The notes under the pieces were generated by a model, which was given only the letters and a program-made list of their open reading frames with translations, ran no database searches and was not told where the DNA came from. A stretch of DNA of 35,236 nucleotides. It comes from a virus (Duplodnaviria; Caudoviricetes). Numbering within the stretch: the stretch's first letter is position 1; every line of letters starts with the position of its first letter. Of this stretch, positions 1 to 7,892 are shown in pieces. The DNA lies in the IMG/VR virus record IMGVR_UViG_3300036783_000358, positions 1 through 35,236 of that record. One strand, 5' to 3'. Position numbers and translations under genes: made by a program.

Positions 1-171
1 ATGGCTTTGAAGAAGTGCAAAGAGTGTAAAAATGATGTGTCAACATCAGCCCAGACTTGCCCGCACTGTGGAGCTAAAACCAGCTTAGCTATTAAGTTTG
101 TAGAAACAATACTCGGGTTGATAGGACTCGCTATTATTGTCCCAATTCTATATTTAATTTTTAGCAGCTAA
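1..171 (+). CDS. 56-aa zinc-ribbon protein with C-terminal TM helix (accessory; absent from the ORF track)
   Basis: Hand translation: MALKKCKECKNDVSTSAQTCPHCGAKTSLAIKFVETILGLIGLAIIVPILYLIFSS*. It has CxxC-x10-CxxC and a hydrophobic tail, and converges on ogr at a shared terminator. Confidence 0.8.
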   Translation: MALKKCKECKNDVSTSAQTCPHCGAKTSLAIKFVETILGLIGLAIIVPILYLIFSS

Positions 172-217
172 CCGGACGGTAAATCTATGGTATGGCGGAT
201 TAGTATTTTTCAGGCAT

Positions 218-245
218 AAAAAAACCCGCAGTGCGCGGGCTTTTT
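218..245. terminator. Bidirectional intrinsic terminator
   Basis: A7-CCCGC-AGTGC-GCGGG-C-T5 between the convergent 1..171 ORF and ogr. Confidence 0.8.
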
Positions 246-256
246 ACATTGTCTAA

Positions 257-487
257 CTACATCCACATAACCTGTTGTTGCCCTTGGATACTAACACCGA
301 CAGGATGCGGCGGGACTGCTACTACATGCCCTGGGGTCATGATCGCAGTATCGTAGGTCTCCATTGTTTTAAACGTGTGACCACAGTTGATATTTTGGCA
401 CTGGTGATAACGTTCTTTCGTGTGCTGACTCAGGTAACGGCTAGTGCGGGCATGTGCAGCAGTTTGGCATAGTGGGCAATGAAACAT
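257..487 (-). CDS. ogr: Ogr/Delta-family late transcription activator (186 B-like)
   Basis: MFHCPLC...AHARTSRY...ERYHQCQNINCGHTF C4 zinc finger; lies downstream of D. Confidence 0.95.
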   Translation of the reverse strand: MFHCPLCQTAAHARTSRYLSQHTKERYHQCQNINCGHTFKTMETYDTAIMTPGHVVAVPPHPVGVSIQGQQQVMWM

Positions 488-547
488 GATTAATTCCTCG
501 TCACTGAATCTATTGCCGCGATAATACTGCCCGCGATCTTAAACAAA

Positions 548-594
548 AGTAACTTTAAGCTAATTTACAAATCATAAATTCACCTCAAGTGACA
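548..594. promoter_or_regulatory. Possible CI operators upstream of ogr (pB-like)
   Basis: Imperfect dyads with 5-nt spacers: ATTCAC-N5-GTGACA (578-594), ATTTAC-N5-ATAAAT (563-579), AGTAAC-N5-GCTAAT (548-564). They resemble 186 CI sites. Confidence 0.35.
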
Positions 595-1736
595 TCGTAG
601 GTCACATCAGAAAGCAAAACCTCTAACTCTAACGCCGTGGTAAAGCCGCTATTGCTCAAGCTGTGCGTGGCTTTGCTCACAATCCAAGCCTGTGCGTCGA
701 TCACCTCCTTAAACCCGCTAACCCTGACTGGCGTTTCCGGTGTGATGTTAGCGCGGCCCATGGCAAGAGATAGTGAAAACTCAGCCGCTCCGCGTTGTAG
801 CTTTTCCCACTTTGCCTGCACGGCCCGCATCGCGGCGGCTTTGCTTGCATAAACCTTAGGGATCACAAACACGTTATCTTCGGCCCCTACCAAGTATTCC
901 CCTTTCTTCTCCTCCTCGGGTTTACCCGGTTTTTTACCGACGGCCGGCTTGTTGGCTTTAGGATGCTGTAAAGCCCGTAAATGCTGTTCTTTCGGCTTGC
1001 GCTGCAACTTCACTTTCTGCGGTTTTGGCTGCTTGGTATTGAGCCAGCTCGCCGTCACCCCGGTGTAAGCGTCCCGATCGGCAATACTGAAACTGTGCTG
1101 ATCGCCATCCTGTCGAGCAAGGGTAAACACCGGCAGCGGCTTGCCGCTCACAGTTGTGCCGTTGCCCGGCCGCATAAACAGCAAACTGCCGTTCTTCACC
1201 ACGGCCACCGCACCGTTGAGGGAAGCCAGCCGGGTAAGAAACGCCGCATCTGTCTCTTGAGTTTGGTCGATGTGGCTCACTTTAATAGTGCCCAGACCGG
1301 CGGCTATGGTGGCCTTGAGCTTATTGCGTGCCGCCACCTTCTGCACGATATGGCTCAGCGTGGTGTCATGATAGGACTCATCACGCCGGGTATTCAGCGA
1401 CCCGCGAAAATCTGCACTCCGGGCGCGAATGGTCAGAGTATCCGGCGCACCCCGGTGCTCTACCTCATCCACGGTAAACAGCCCCTTTGGCGTCAGTGCC
1501 GCCCCCTTCCAGCCGAGTGACAGCGCAAGCACCGCATTACGCTGCGGCATCGCCATCAGGCCGTCGCTATCGTCCAGCTCAATATCAAGCTGGTCAGCCT
1601 CAAAGCCCCGGTTATCCGTCAGCGACAGGGAAATCAGGCGCTTACGAATATTTTGCGTGATGTCTTTTTCCTGTAGCGACAAAGAGAAATCCGGGGCAAT
1701 CAGTGCCCCGACAGGCATGGCAACGCCAGTGATCAT
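585..1736 (-). CDS. D: Late control / baseplate hub protein D
   Basis: LTDNRGFEADQLDIELDD and HIDQTQETDAAFLTRLA motifs; synteny. Confidence 0.95.
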   Translation of the reverse strand: MITGVAMPVGALIAPDFSLSLQEKDITQNIRKRLISLSLTDNRGFEADQLDIELDDSDGLMAMPQRNAVLALSLGWKGAALTPKGLFTVDEVEHRGAPDTLTIRARSADFRGSLNTRRDESYHDTTLSHIVQKVAARNKLKATIAAGLGTIKVSHIDQTQETDAAFLTRLASLNGAVAVVKNGSLLFMRPGNGTTVSGKPLPVFTLARQDGDQHSFSIADRDAYTGVTASWLNTKQPKPQKVKLQRKPKEQHLRALQHPKANKPAVGKKPGKPEEEKKGEYLVGAEDNVFVIPKVYASKAAAMRAVQAKWEKLQRGAAEFSLSLAMGRANITPETPVRVSGFKEVIDAQAWIVSKATHSLSNSGFTTALELEVLLSDVTYDVT

Positions 1737-2218
1737 GACAGAAAGCCCCCCATTATCCCGGCGGCCTTCCCGGCCATCCCACCGGCCTTGTCGTACAGCT
1801 CCCCTGCTTGCTGGCCTAAATCGCCAAACATGGCGGATAACGACTCATCAACTCGCTTTAAATTGAGCGTGAATTCTGTGCATCGTGGGCTACCATCGGC
1901 GAAAAAATCCGAATGGCTTTCCGATATCGACTCAATCACAAACATGCCGTAAATCGTACCGCTGCCCTCAATCAGCGGCCATGCCCGCCCCTGCTCCGCC
2001 ATCAGTTGCAGCGTCAACAGCGACCAACGGCCTCCGGTGATCTCCGGTAGCAATACGCCAGACAGGGTAATTGTTTCATCATCCAGCCCCAAAAACTGCG
2101 CCGCCGGGCGCTGGCCTACACGCGCATTGGTCGGCCAACGGTAATCCGCCGTGCGGTTTAGAGACTGATACGGCAGCGTTTGAAGCATGAAAACAAACAA
2201 GCCTAGCGTTAACATCAT
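1733..2218 (-). CDS. U: Tail protein U
   Basis: MMLTLGLFVFMLQTLPYQ, ITLSGVLLPEITGG, WPLIEGSG; between T and D. Confidence 0.95.
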   Translation of the reverse strand: MMLTLGLFVFMLQTLPYQSLNRTADYRWPTNARVGQRPAAQFLGLDDETITLSGVLLPEITGGRWSLLTLQLMAEQGRAWPLIEGSGTIYGMFVIESISESHSDFFADGSPRCTEFTLNLKRVDESLSAMFGDLGQQAGELYDKAGGMAGKAAGIMGGFLS

Positions 2219-2222
2219 GTTG

Positions 2223-5000
2223 TTACCCTCCGTAATTCATGCGGCTGCGTGCAGCGGCCGCTTGTTTTCGTTGTTCAGCGGCAAGCTGGCGAGATACTTC
2301 GCGGGCAATCACTTGCGCGTCCTGCCCCGGTGCTGCATGTACCTCAATGGTGATAGGTGCCGGGGCCATCTGTATCGGCGCGGCGGCCGGTGCTGATGCC
2401 ATCACCGGCGTAGACAGCGAAAGCATGGCAGCCGATAGAGCGGCCGTTTTCTTCCGGCCGGTGACATTGACCGGGCCGCCGATCACTTCCGGGCCACGTT
2501 CGCCCACAATGCCAAACTGACCACGGGGAATGTTGCCGCCTTTGTCAAACGCTCCTGCATAACCCGGCCCCGGTGCCAGCATCGGTGCGGGCCGGTTGTA
2601 TGAAATAGCCGGGTTGATTTCCGTTTTATCACCGCCAAACTTCATCCAGTCCGGCAACATATCGGTAAGGCCGCTAAACTTGTCTTTCAGGGCTTGCCAG
2701 CGTTCGGTAATGCCATCAATGATGCCGTTAATCATGTTCATCCCGGCTTCTTTGAATTTACCCGGCAAAGCTTTAGCCGACCCCACAAGATCATCCCATT
2801 GCCCGCCAAGCCATGTTTTAAGGCCCTCCCATGCTGCCTTTGTCGACTTTTTGACACTTTCCCATGCTGCCGACGTCGCCGTGGTGATACTGTCCCATGC
2901 ACCCAGGGTGGCACTCTTGACCGTCTCCCAGACGACTTGGAATTTAGGCCCTAACGTTTCCCAGTTCTGCCAGATATAAATCGCCCCCATGGCGATCAAG
3001 CTAATAACGGCCAAAATCGGGTTAGCCATCATGACCCGGCCCAACCACATCACCGCCGTGCCCACAAAACGCAGCCCCTTTACCAGTCCGGCAAACGACA
3101 CGCGCCCGACGATTGACATCAATTTGAGCATGCCGCCGCCCATCGTCAGCAAAGAACGCCCGACCGCACCGCCGGTAAATTTCATTACGGCACTAAGCCC
3201 ACGCGCTGCGGTGGTTATGCCTTTAAACGAAAACTTGGTGGCAATCTTGCCCAGCTTAAACAGTCCTTTAGTAACCCCCAAAGTTGGCCCCATCAACAGA
3301 CTAAACCCGGTGATCACCGGCCCGGCCAAAAAGCCCAGCACAGCCATGCCCCCGATCGCTGCGGTAAGACCCAGCGCCAGCTTAAACAGAGTCCCGGACA
3401 GTTCCGGGTTTTCCTTCGCCCACTGCCCGGCAACGCCGAGCCATTTGGTGGCGGACTGCGTGAGTTTCCGCAACCCGGAATCCTGTTTATCAAAGACCTC
3501 AATCTGAATATCCTCAAAAGCCGATGACAGATTTTTTAAGTCGCCGTCGAGGTTATCCGTTTTCGTTTTAGCGATTTGCTCTGTCGCACCTTTAGAGTCC
3601 GTCACCGTCTGCTTTTTAGCGTTAAGCTTGCCGTTACCGGCGGCGGCAATCAGCTTGATTGCGCCTTTCATCGCCTCTTCGCCGAAAATCACTTTCAGGT
3701 ATTCCGCCTGCTGCGCGGTGCCGAGCTTGTTCTTTTTAAAAGAGCTGTCGATTTTCTTTAGGATGCTTTCGATCGGCAGCATGTTGCCTTTGCCGTCTTT
3801 TGTTTTTACTCCCAGTTCTGACAGGGCATCTCCCGCTTGCCCAACCGGTGCTTGCAGGCGGGTAAACATGGCGCTCGCCGCCGTCCCGGCCATGCTGCCT
3901 TTAATGCCGTTATCGGCCAGCACCCCCAGTAATGCCGTGGTGTCCTCAATGCTGGCCCCGGCCGCCTCCGCAATTGGGGCGACGTACTTCATCGCCTCGC
4001 CAAAATCCGCCAAATTGCTGTTGGAACTGGTAAAGCCCTTGGTCATGACATCCGCGACGCGCTGGATCTCGCCAATCGGCATGTTAAACGCCGATTGCAT
4101 GTTAGTGATGATGTCGGCCGCGTCGGCAATATCCAGATCGGAGGCTAATGCAAGGTTTACCGTGGATTCCGTCGACTTCAAGATGGCATCACCGTTAAAG
4201 CCGGATTTCGCTAACACCGATTGCGTGCGGGCGACGTCCGTCGGGGAAAATGCCGTAGTGGCCCCGATATCACGCGCCTGCTGGCGAATGGCCGCCAGTT
4301 GCTTATCATTTTTCGCCAGCCCTAACGTGGCCTGCGTGTCTGACATCTGCTTATCGAATTGCACCCCCGGCGCCATAAACCGGCTCTCGGCATAAAGCCC
4401 GGCAGTGGCAACACCCAGCCCGACGGCACTTTGATTGCGGACGGTGGCGCCCAATGCTTTACCGGCCTGCGCACGCTGCTGAATACGGCTCAGAGATTCC
4501 TGTTTTTTGCTCAGGCGCTCCAGCTCGGCACGCTGGCGGTTAAGTGCACCCGTGGCTTCACCTGTACTGGCTTTTAACCGGCGTTGCTCGGCGCTCAGTT
4601 TTTTGGTAGCGATGCCGTCAGCGTTGAGCGCGTCACGCTGGCGCTGTACGGACTGGCGCAACCCATTGTATTTTGTTTGCAACTCAGTGGCGGCACGCTT
4701 GGAGGCTGCCAGTAAACGCGCCTGCTGTGCTGTGGGTTTTTCTGTCGCCTTAAACTGAAGAGCCAGCACGGCCGCTTCCGCTTTGGCCTTTTTCAGCGCC
4801 TGCCCAGTGACAGCGAGCTGTCCCTGTTGTTTACGATAACCATCAATCCGGGCGGCCTGTGCGTCCAGTGTTTTAAGGGTTTGTTGCGTAGTTTTGATGT
4901 CACCGGCAAGCGTTTTGCTTGCCTGTTGGATACTCTTTAGCGGGCGGGTGGCTTGGTCTACGGCCTTCAGCAAGACCTGAAGCTGTAGGCTTTTACTCAT
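2223..5000 (-). CDS. T: Tail tape measure protein T
   Basis: 925 aa, LQVLLKAVDQATRP start, TP901-type core (GIKGSMAGT), Trp-periodic C-terminal region. Confidence 0.96.
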   Translation of the reverse strand: MSKSLQLQVLLKAVDQATRPLKSIQQASKTLAGDIKTTQQTLKTLDAQAARIDGYRKQQGQLAVTGQALKKAKAEAAVLALQFKATEKPTAQQARLLAASKRAATELQTKYNGLRQSVQRQRDALNADGIATKKLSAEQRRLKASTGEATGALNRQRAELERLSKKQESLSRIQQRAQAGKALGATVRNQSAVGLGVATAGLYAESRFMAPGVQFDKQMSDTQATLGLAKNDKQLAAIRQQARDIGATTAFSPTDVARTQSVLAKSGFNGDAILKSTESTVNLALASDLDIADAADIITNMQSAFNMPIGEIQRVADVMTKGFTSSNSNLADFGEAMKYVAPIAEAAGASIEDTTALLGVLADNGIKGSMAGTAASAMFTRLQAPVGQAGDALSELGVKTKDGKGNMLPIESILKKIDSSFKKNKLGTAQQAEYLKVIFGEEAMKGAIKLIAAAGNGKLNAKKQTVTDSKGATEQIAKTKTDNLDGDLKNLSSAFEDIQIEVFDKQDSGLRKLTQSATKWLGVAGQWAKENPELSGTLFKLALGLTAAIGGMAVLGFLAGPVITGFSLLMGPTLGVTKGLFKLGKIATKFSFKGITTAARGLSAVMKFTGGAVGRSLLTMGGGMLKLMSIVGRVSFAGLVKGLRFVGTAVMWLGRVMMANPILAVISLIAMGAIYIWQNWETLGPKFQVVWETVKSATLGAWDSITTATSAAWESVKKSTKAAWEGLKTWLGGQWDDLVGSAKALPGKFKEAGMNMINGIIDGITERWQALKDKFSGLTDMLPDWMKFGGDKTEINPAISYNRPAPMLAPGPGYAGAFDKGGNIPRGQFGIVGERGPEVIGGPVNVTGRKKTAALSAAMLSLSTPVMASAPAAAPIQMAPAPITIEVHAAPGQDAQVIAREVSRQLAAEQRKQAAAARSRMNYGG

Positions 5001-5429
5001 CGTGATTCACTCCGCTGCGTTGCAGGGCTTTATGACGCCAGTTCAACAGGTCCGTGAGCGTCATACCGGCCATTTCAGATGGCGGCCAGTGGAATATCAC
5101 CGCGATATCCGCCATCAAATCATCAACACCCAGCCGGGCGTCAATCTCTATTCCGCCGACTTCGGCGACAAAAAACCGACGACCTCACCGGCCAGCGCCA
5201 CCAAGTCTGTCAACTCAAGGCGGGCGCACTCTTCTTTGGTCAGACTCGGGTACGTGACACGCGGCAGGATCACCAGCAGCGCGTCAACATCGGCATTGGC
5301 TACCGCAGCCAGACCGACGCCGCGCAGTGCGCCAGCGGTGGGCTTAATCACCTTCACCTCAGTAATGGTGGTTTCACCACGCTGGATCTGGGTATCGAGG
5401 GTGACGACGTTTTCTTTAGCTTCGTTCAT
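4993..5429 (-). CDS. E': Tail assembly chaperone E+E' made by -1 programmed frameshift
   Basis: Slippery TTTTTTG at 5175-5169. The -1 frame reads ...LMADIAVIFHWPPSEMAGMTLTDLLNWRHKALQRSGVNHDE*, with its stop at 4993 overlapping the start of T. Confidence 0.88.
5148..5429 (-). CDS. E: Tail assembly chaperone E
   Basis: 93 aa, KPTAGALRGV...LPRVTYPSLT; between FII and T. Confidence 0.93.
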   Translation of the reverse strand: MNEAKENVVTLDTQIQRGETTITEVKVIKPTAGALRGVGLAAVANADVDALLVILPRVTYPSLTKEECARLELTDLVALAGEVVGFLSPKSAE

Positions 5430-5485
5430 AGTGGTTTTTCTCTCTCTAATCAGGGGAACGGCCAGCCCGGCGGGCTGGCGCAGAA

Positions 5486-5995
5486 TTACATGCCAATGGC
5501 CTTACGGTGTTCAGCCAGACGGTCAACGCCGTTGACCTTTTCGACCATGTTCACGGTGTCGACTTCGATCAGCTCTCTGCCGTCCACGGTCAATTTGAAA
5601 TAGGTGCATTCTGTGGATACCTTGGTTTCGGTGTCCTCGCCTTGCTTGTATTCGCCAAAGTCGATTTCTTTGTGGCGACCGCGCATGACCACTTCCACGG
5701 CGGACACCTCGCCGGTATCGTCACGCTGGAAGGAACCGGCAAAGCGCAGCGGCACGGCATCGACAGCGCCCCATTGCTTGAGCACCAGCTCATCAATGCC
5801 GCCCATCGCCCACTCAACGGCCAGCGCGTCATCGTCCAGTCCCATATCGACAGGGGCCGCGCCATTCATCCCGCCGCCCCGGTATTTCTCCAGCTTGCGA
5901 GTGAGCTTCGGCAGCGTCAGCGATGACACGATGCCCATGTAGTTAAAACCGTCGTTGAACAGGTTCAGGTATTTCAGTTTTTTAGGCAGAGCCAT
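5486..5995 (-). CDS. FII: Major tail tube protein FII
   Basis: MALPKKLKYLNLFNDG...TLPKLTRKLEKYRGGGM. Confidence 0.96.
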   Translation of the reverse strand: MALPKKLKYLNLFNDGFNYMGIVSSLTLPKLTRKLEKYRGGGMNGAAPVDMGLDDDALAVEWAMGGIDELVLKQWGAVDAVPLRFAGSFQRDDTGEVSAVEVVMRGRHKEIDFGEYKQGEDTETKVSTECTYFKLTVDGRELIEVDTVNMVEKVNGVDRLAEHRKAIGM

Positions 5996-6009
5996 TACTC
6001 ATCGTCTCC

Positions 6010-7179
6010 TTAACGGTTCACGGACGCGGCGAACGTCGCAAGATAGCGGTCAGTGATACGCTGACGCAGGGTTAAATCTTCCAGCGGTGGCACCGGCGTA
6101 TAGTCGTAATCAATAAACAACTTGCCCGCTTTCAGGGTTTCTTTGTCATTGGCGCTGGCGTCATACCAGCAATCGCCATCAATAATCAGCCCGGCGGATT
6201 TCAGCTCGCGGAATTTCGCCTTGATGCCATCAATCATGTCGCGGATCAGCGTCGGCGTGACCGGCCGGTCAATCGCCCACATGTGCGCTTCGGCCATGGT
6301 GTCAGCCAGCACTTGCGCGGTGCGGGTGTAGTTTTCAAACAGGAAAAGCGGATCGTCAGAACAGGTGCGAGAACCCCAGAACTTAAAGCCGTCTTTGCGG
6401 ATCAATGTGGTAACGCAGGCTTGGTTTAACAGGTCAGCATCCGTACCCGGCGCTTGTAAGTCCCAGAACACACTCGCCGTGATACCGCTAACCCCATTCA
6501 CACCCACGTTAGACAGGGTTTTGTGCCAGCCGGTATCCGTGTCGATTTTGGCACGCAGGCCCAGCGCACGGGCTGTGGCATAGGCAATATCGCTTTTGTT
6601 GGTGGTGGTGTTCCAGCTCACAAAATCCGGCCAGACAACCATCAGCTCGCGCTGGCTGAAATTGGCGCGATACTTAATCGCATCCTGTACCGTTTTGCAG
6701 CCGTAGGCGCTGATATAGCCAAATGCACGCAACTGTTGGCAGATCCCAGCCAGTGCCGTCGCTACTTCCAAATTGTCATGGCCCGGCACGCCAAGAATGC
6801 GCGGTTTCACACCTAATTCCGCCTGCGCAGATAACAACGCTTTCATTCCGGTGTAGCGGCCCTCTGCGTTCGCGCCGCCGATAATATTTGATGTGGTTTC
6901 TTTGGCGTCTTTGCCTTCGGCGACACGGACAACCACCGTGACCGGTTTTGACTGATCGGCAATCGCCAGCAGTGCAGCCGCCAGCGTGCCTTTTTTACCG
7001 GCCTTGCCAGAGGCGGCCAGTACGTCAGTGATCAGCACTGGCGTGTTGAGCGGGAAGGTGGTCGCGTCGGCATCCTCCGCCGTGCACACCATACCGACGA
7101 TGGCCGTCGATACGGTGGAAATAACGCGGGTGCCGTCGTTGACTTCGACAACACGCACGCCGTGATGATAGTCACCCAT
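6010..7179 (-). CDS. FI: Tail sheath protein FI
   Basis: DYHHGVRVVEVNDGTR start, FWGSRTCSDDPLF, YTPVPPLEDL. Confidence 0.97.
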   Translation of the reverse strand: MGDYHHGVRVVEVNDGTRVISTVSTAIVGMVCTAEDADATTFPLNTPVLITDVLAASGKAGKKGTLAAALLAIADQSKPVTVVVRVAEGKDAKETTSNIIGGANAEGRYTGMKALLSAQAELGVKPRILGVPGHDNLEVATALAGICQQLRAFGYISAYGCKTVQDAIKYRANFSQRELMVVWPDFVSWNTTTNKSDIAYATARALGLRAKIDTDTGWHKTLSNVGVNGVSGITASVFWDLQAPGTDADLLNQACVTTLIRKDGFKFWGSRTCSDDPLFLFENYTRTAQVLADTMAEAHMWAIDRPVTPTLIRDMIDGIKAKFRELKSAGLIIDGDCWYDASANDKETLKAGKLFIDYDYTPVPPLEDLTLRQRITDRYLATFAASVNR

Positions 7180-7205
7180 AAATAGCTTGCTCCATAGTGA
7201 GTTGG

Positions 7206-7271
7206 TGCAGGCATGATGCCGCCCGGCACAACAGGCCGCACGCGATGGGTGATGGAAGGCAGACCAGACAA
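7206..7271 (-). promoter_or_regulatory. Ogr-activated late promoter pF
   Basis: TTGT-CTGGTCTGC-CTTCCA site at 7271-7252, centred ~55 bp upstream of the predicted start; -10-like CATCAT at 7218-7213. Confidence 0.75.
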
Positions 7272-7308
7272 CAGGCGATACCTGCCGGGGCGGTTTTGAG
7301 GAAATTAC

Positions 7309-7385
7309 GATCGTTTTCGCCGATCAATATCAGCGTATTGATCTACGCAATCAATTGGACGGAATTTAGCCAAGCGGGGTATGGT
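7309..7385 (+). promoter_or_regulatory. GATC-rich OxyR/LysR-like site followed by a putative sigma70 promoter
   Basis: GATC at 7309, 7322 and 7340; ATCG-N7-CGAT-N7-AGCG-N7-CTAC at 7310-7346; TGGACG(7356)-18-TATGGT(7380). Confidence 0.45.
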
Positions 7386-7391
7386 CAATAA

Positions 7392-7462
7392 CCAAGACGC
7401 GGCAACATCAGGGAAAGCCGCAAAGCACAAAGCCCGCATATCATTACGATGCGGGCTTTTTT
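7392..7462 (+). ncRNA. Candidate ~70-nt small RNA
   Basis: Putative promoter upstream, GCGGC/GCCGC hairpin with CAGGGA in the loop, and a terminator whose T6 lies on the + strand. No protein gene is present to use that terminator. Confidence 0.4.
7429..7462. terminator. Intrinsic terminator (stronger on + strand; also follows gene G on - strand)
   Basis: AAAGCCCGCAT-N9-ATGCGGGCTTT followed by TTT. Confidence 0.85.
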
Positions 7463-7463
7463 A

Positions 7464-7892
7464 TTAGGCGTCGGGGGTTAGCGGCCACTCAATATTCTGC
7501 GCGTCTTCCGGTCGGATACGGTTGGCAAGCACCCGGCAGGTTTTCCATGCAGTTAATTGCGCCTTCTCTTCCTTCGTAGCCATCCCCAATTCAACCGCAT
7601 CTTGCAAGGGGGTAATGGCATTGCTTGCTTGGATTATCAACTGGCTCTTTTTGCGCGTCGCTTCGATCACGCGTTCTTGTTGGCTCAACGGTGGGGCGTC
7701 AATCCAACAAGGCAGGCCAGTATCATCTGCACCCCGGATTTTCCCGGTAGGGGATTGCTCGCGGTATTTCTCCCATTCCTCCAGTGATACGGGTTTAACA
7801 TCATCAGGCCAATTATTATTGGTTTCGTAGGCTTCCTGATCTTCCAACACATAGAAAATATTGGTTTTCGCACTGTATCCGTAATTCATCAT
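7464..7892 (-). CDS. G: Tail fibre assembly protein G
   Basis: Start moved to the ATG overlapping the H stop (TAATG). Tfa-type motifs GLPCWIDAP, LQDAVELGMAT, IEWPLTP. Confidence 0.9.
   Translation of the reverse strand: MMNYGYSAKTNIFYVLEDQEAYETNNNWPDDVKPVSLEEWEKYREQSPTGKIRGADDTGLPCWIDAPPLSQQERVIEATRKKSQLIIQASNAITPLQDAVELGMATKEEKAQLTAWKTCRVLANRIRPEDAQNIEWPLTPDA

Noticed and set aside
5461-5479. GCCAGCCC-GGC-GGGCTGGC hairpin between FII and E as a terminator
   Set aside because: No adjacent U tract; at most an mRNA-stabilising stem.
7197-7391. 64-aa + strand ORF in the FI-G gap
   Set aside because: GTG start without a clear SD, runs across pF and the GATC array, and has no recognisable domain. 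A regulatory or ncRNA reading fits better.
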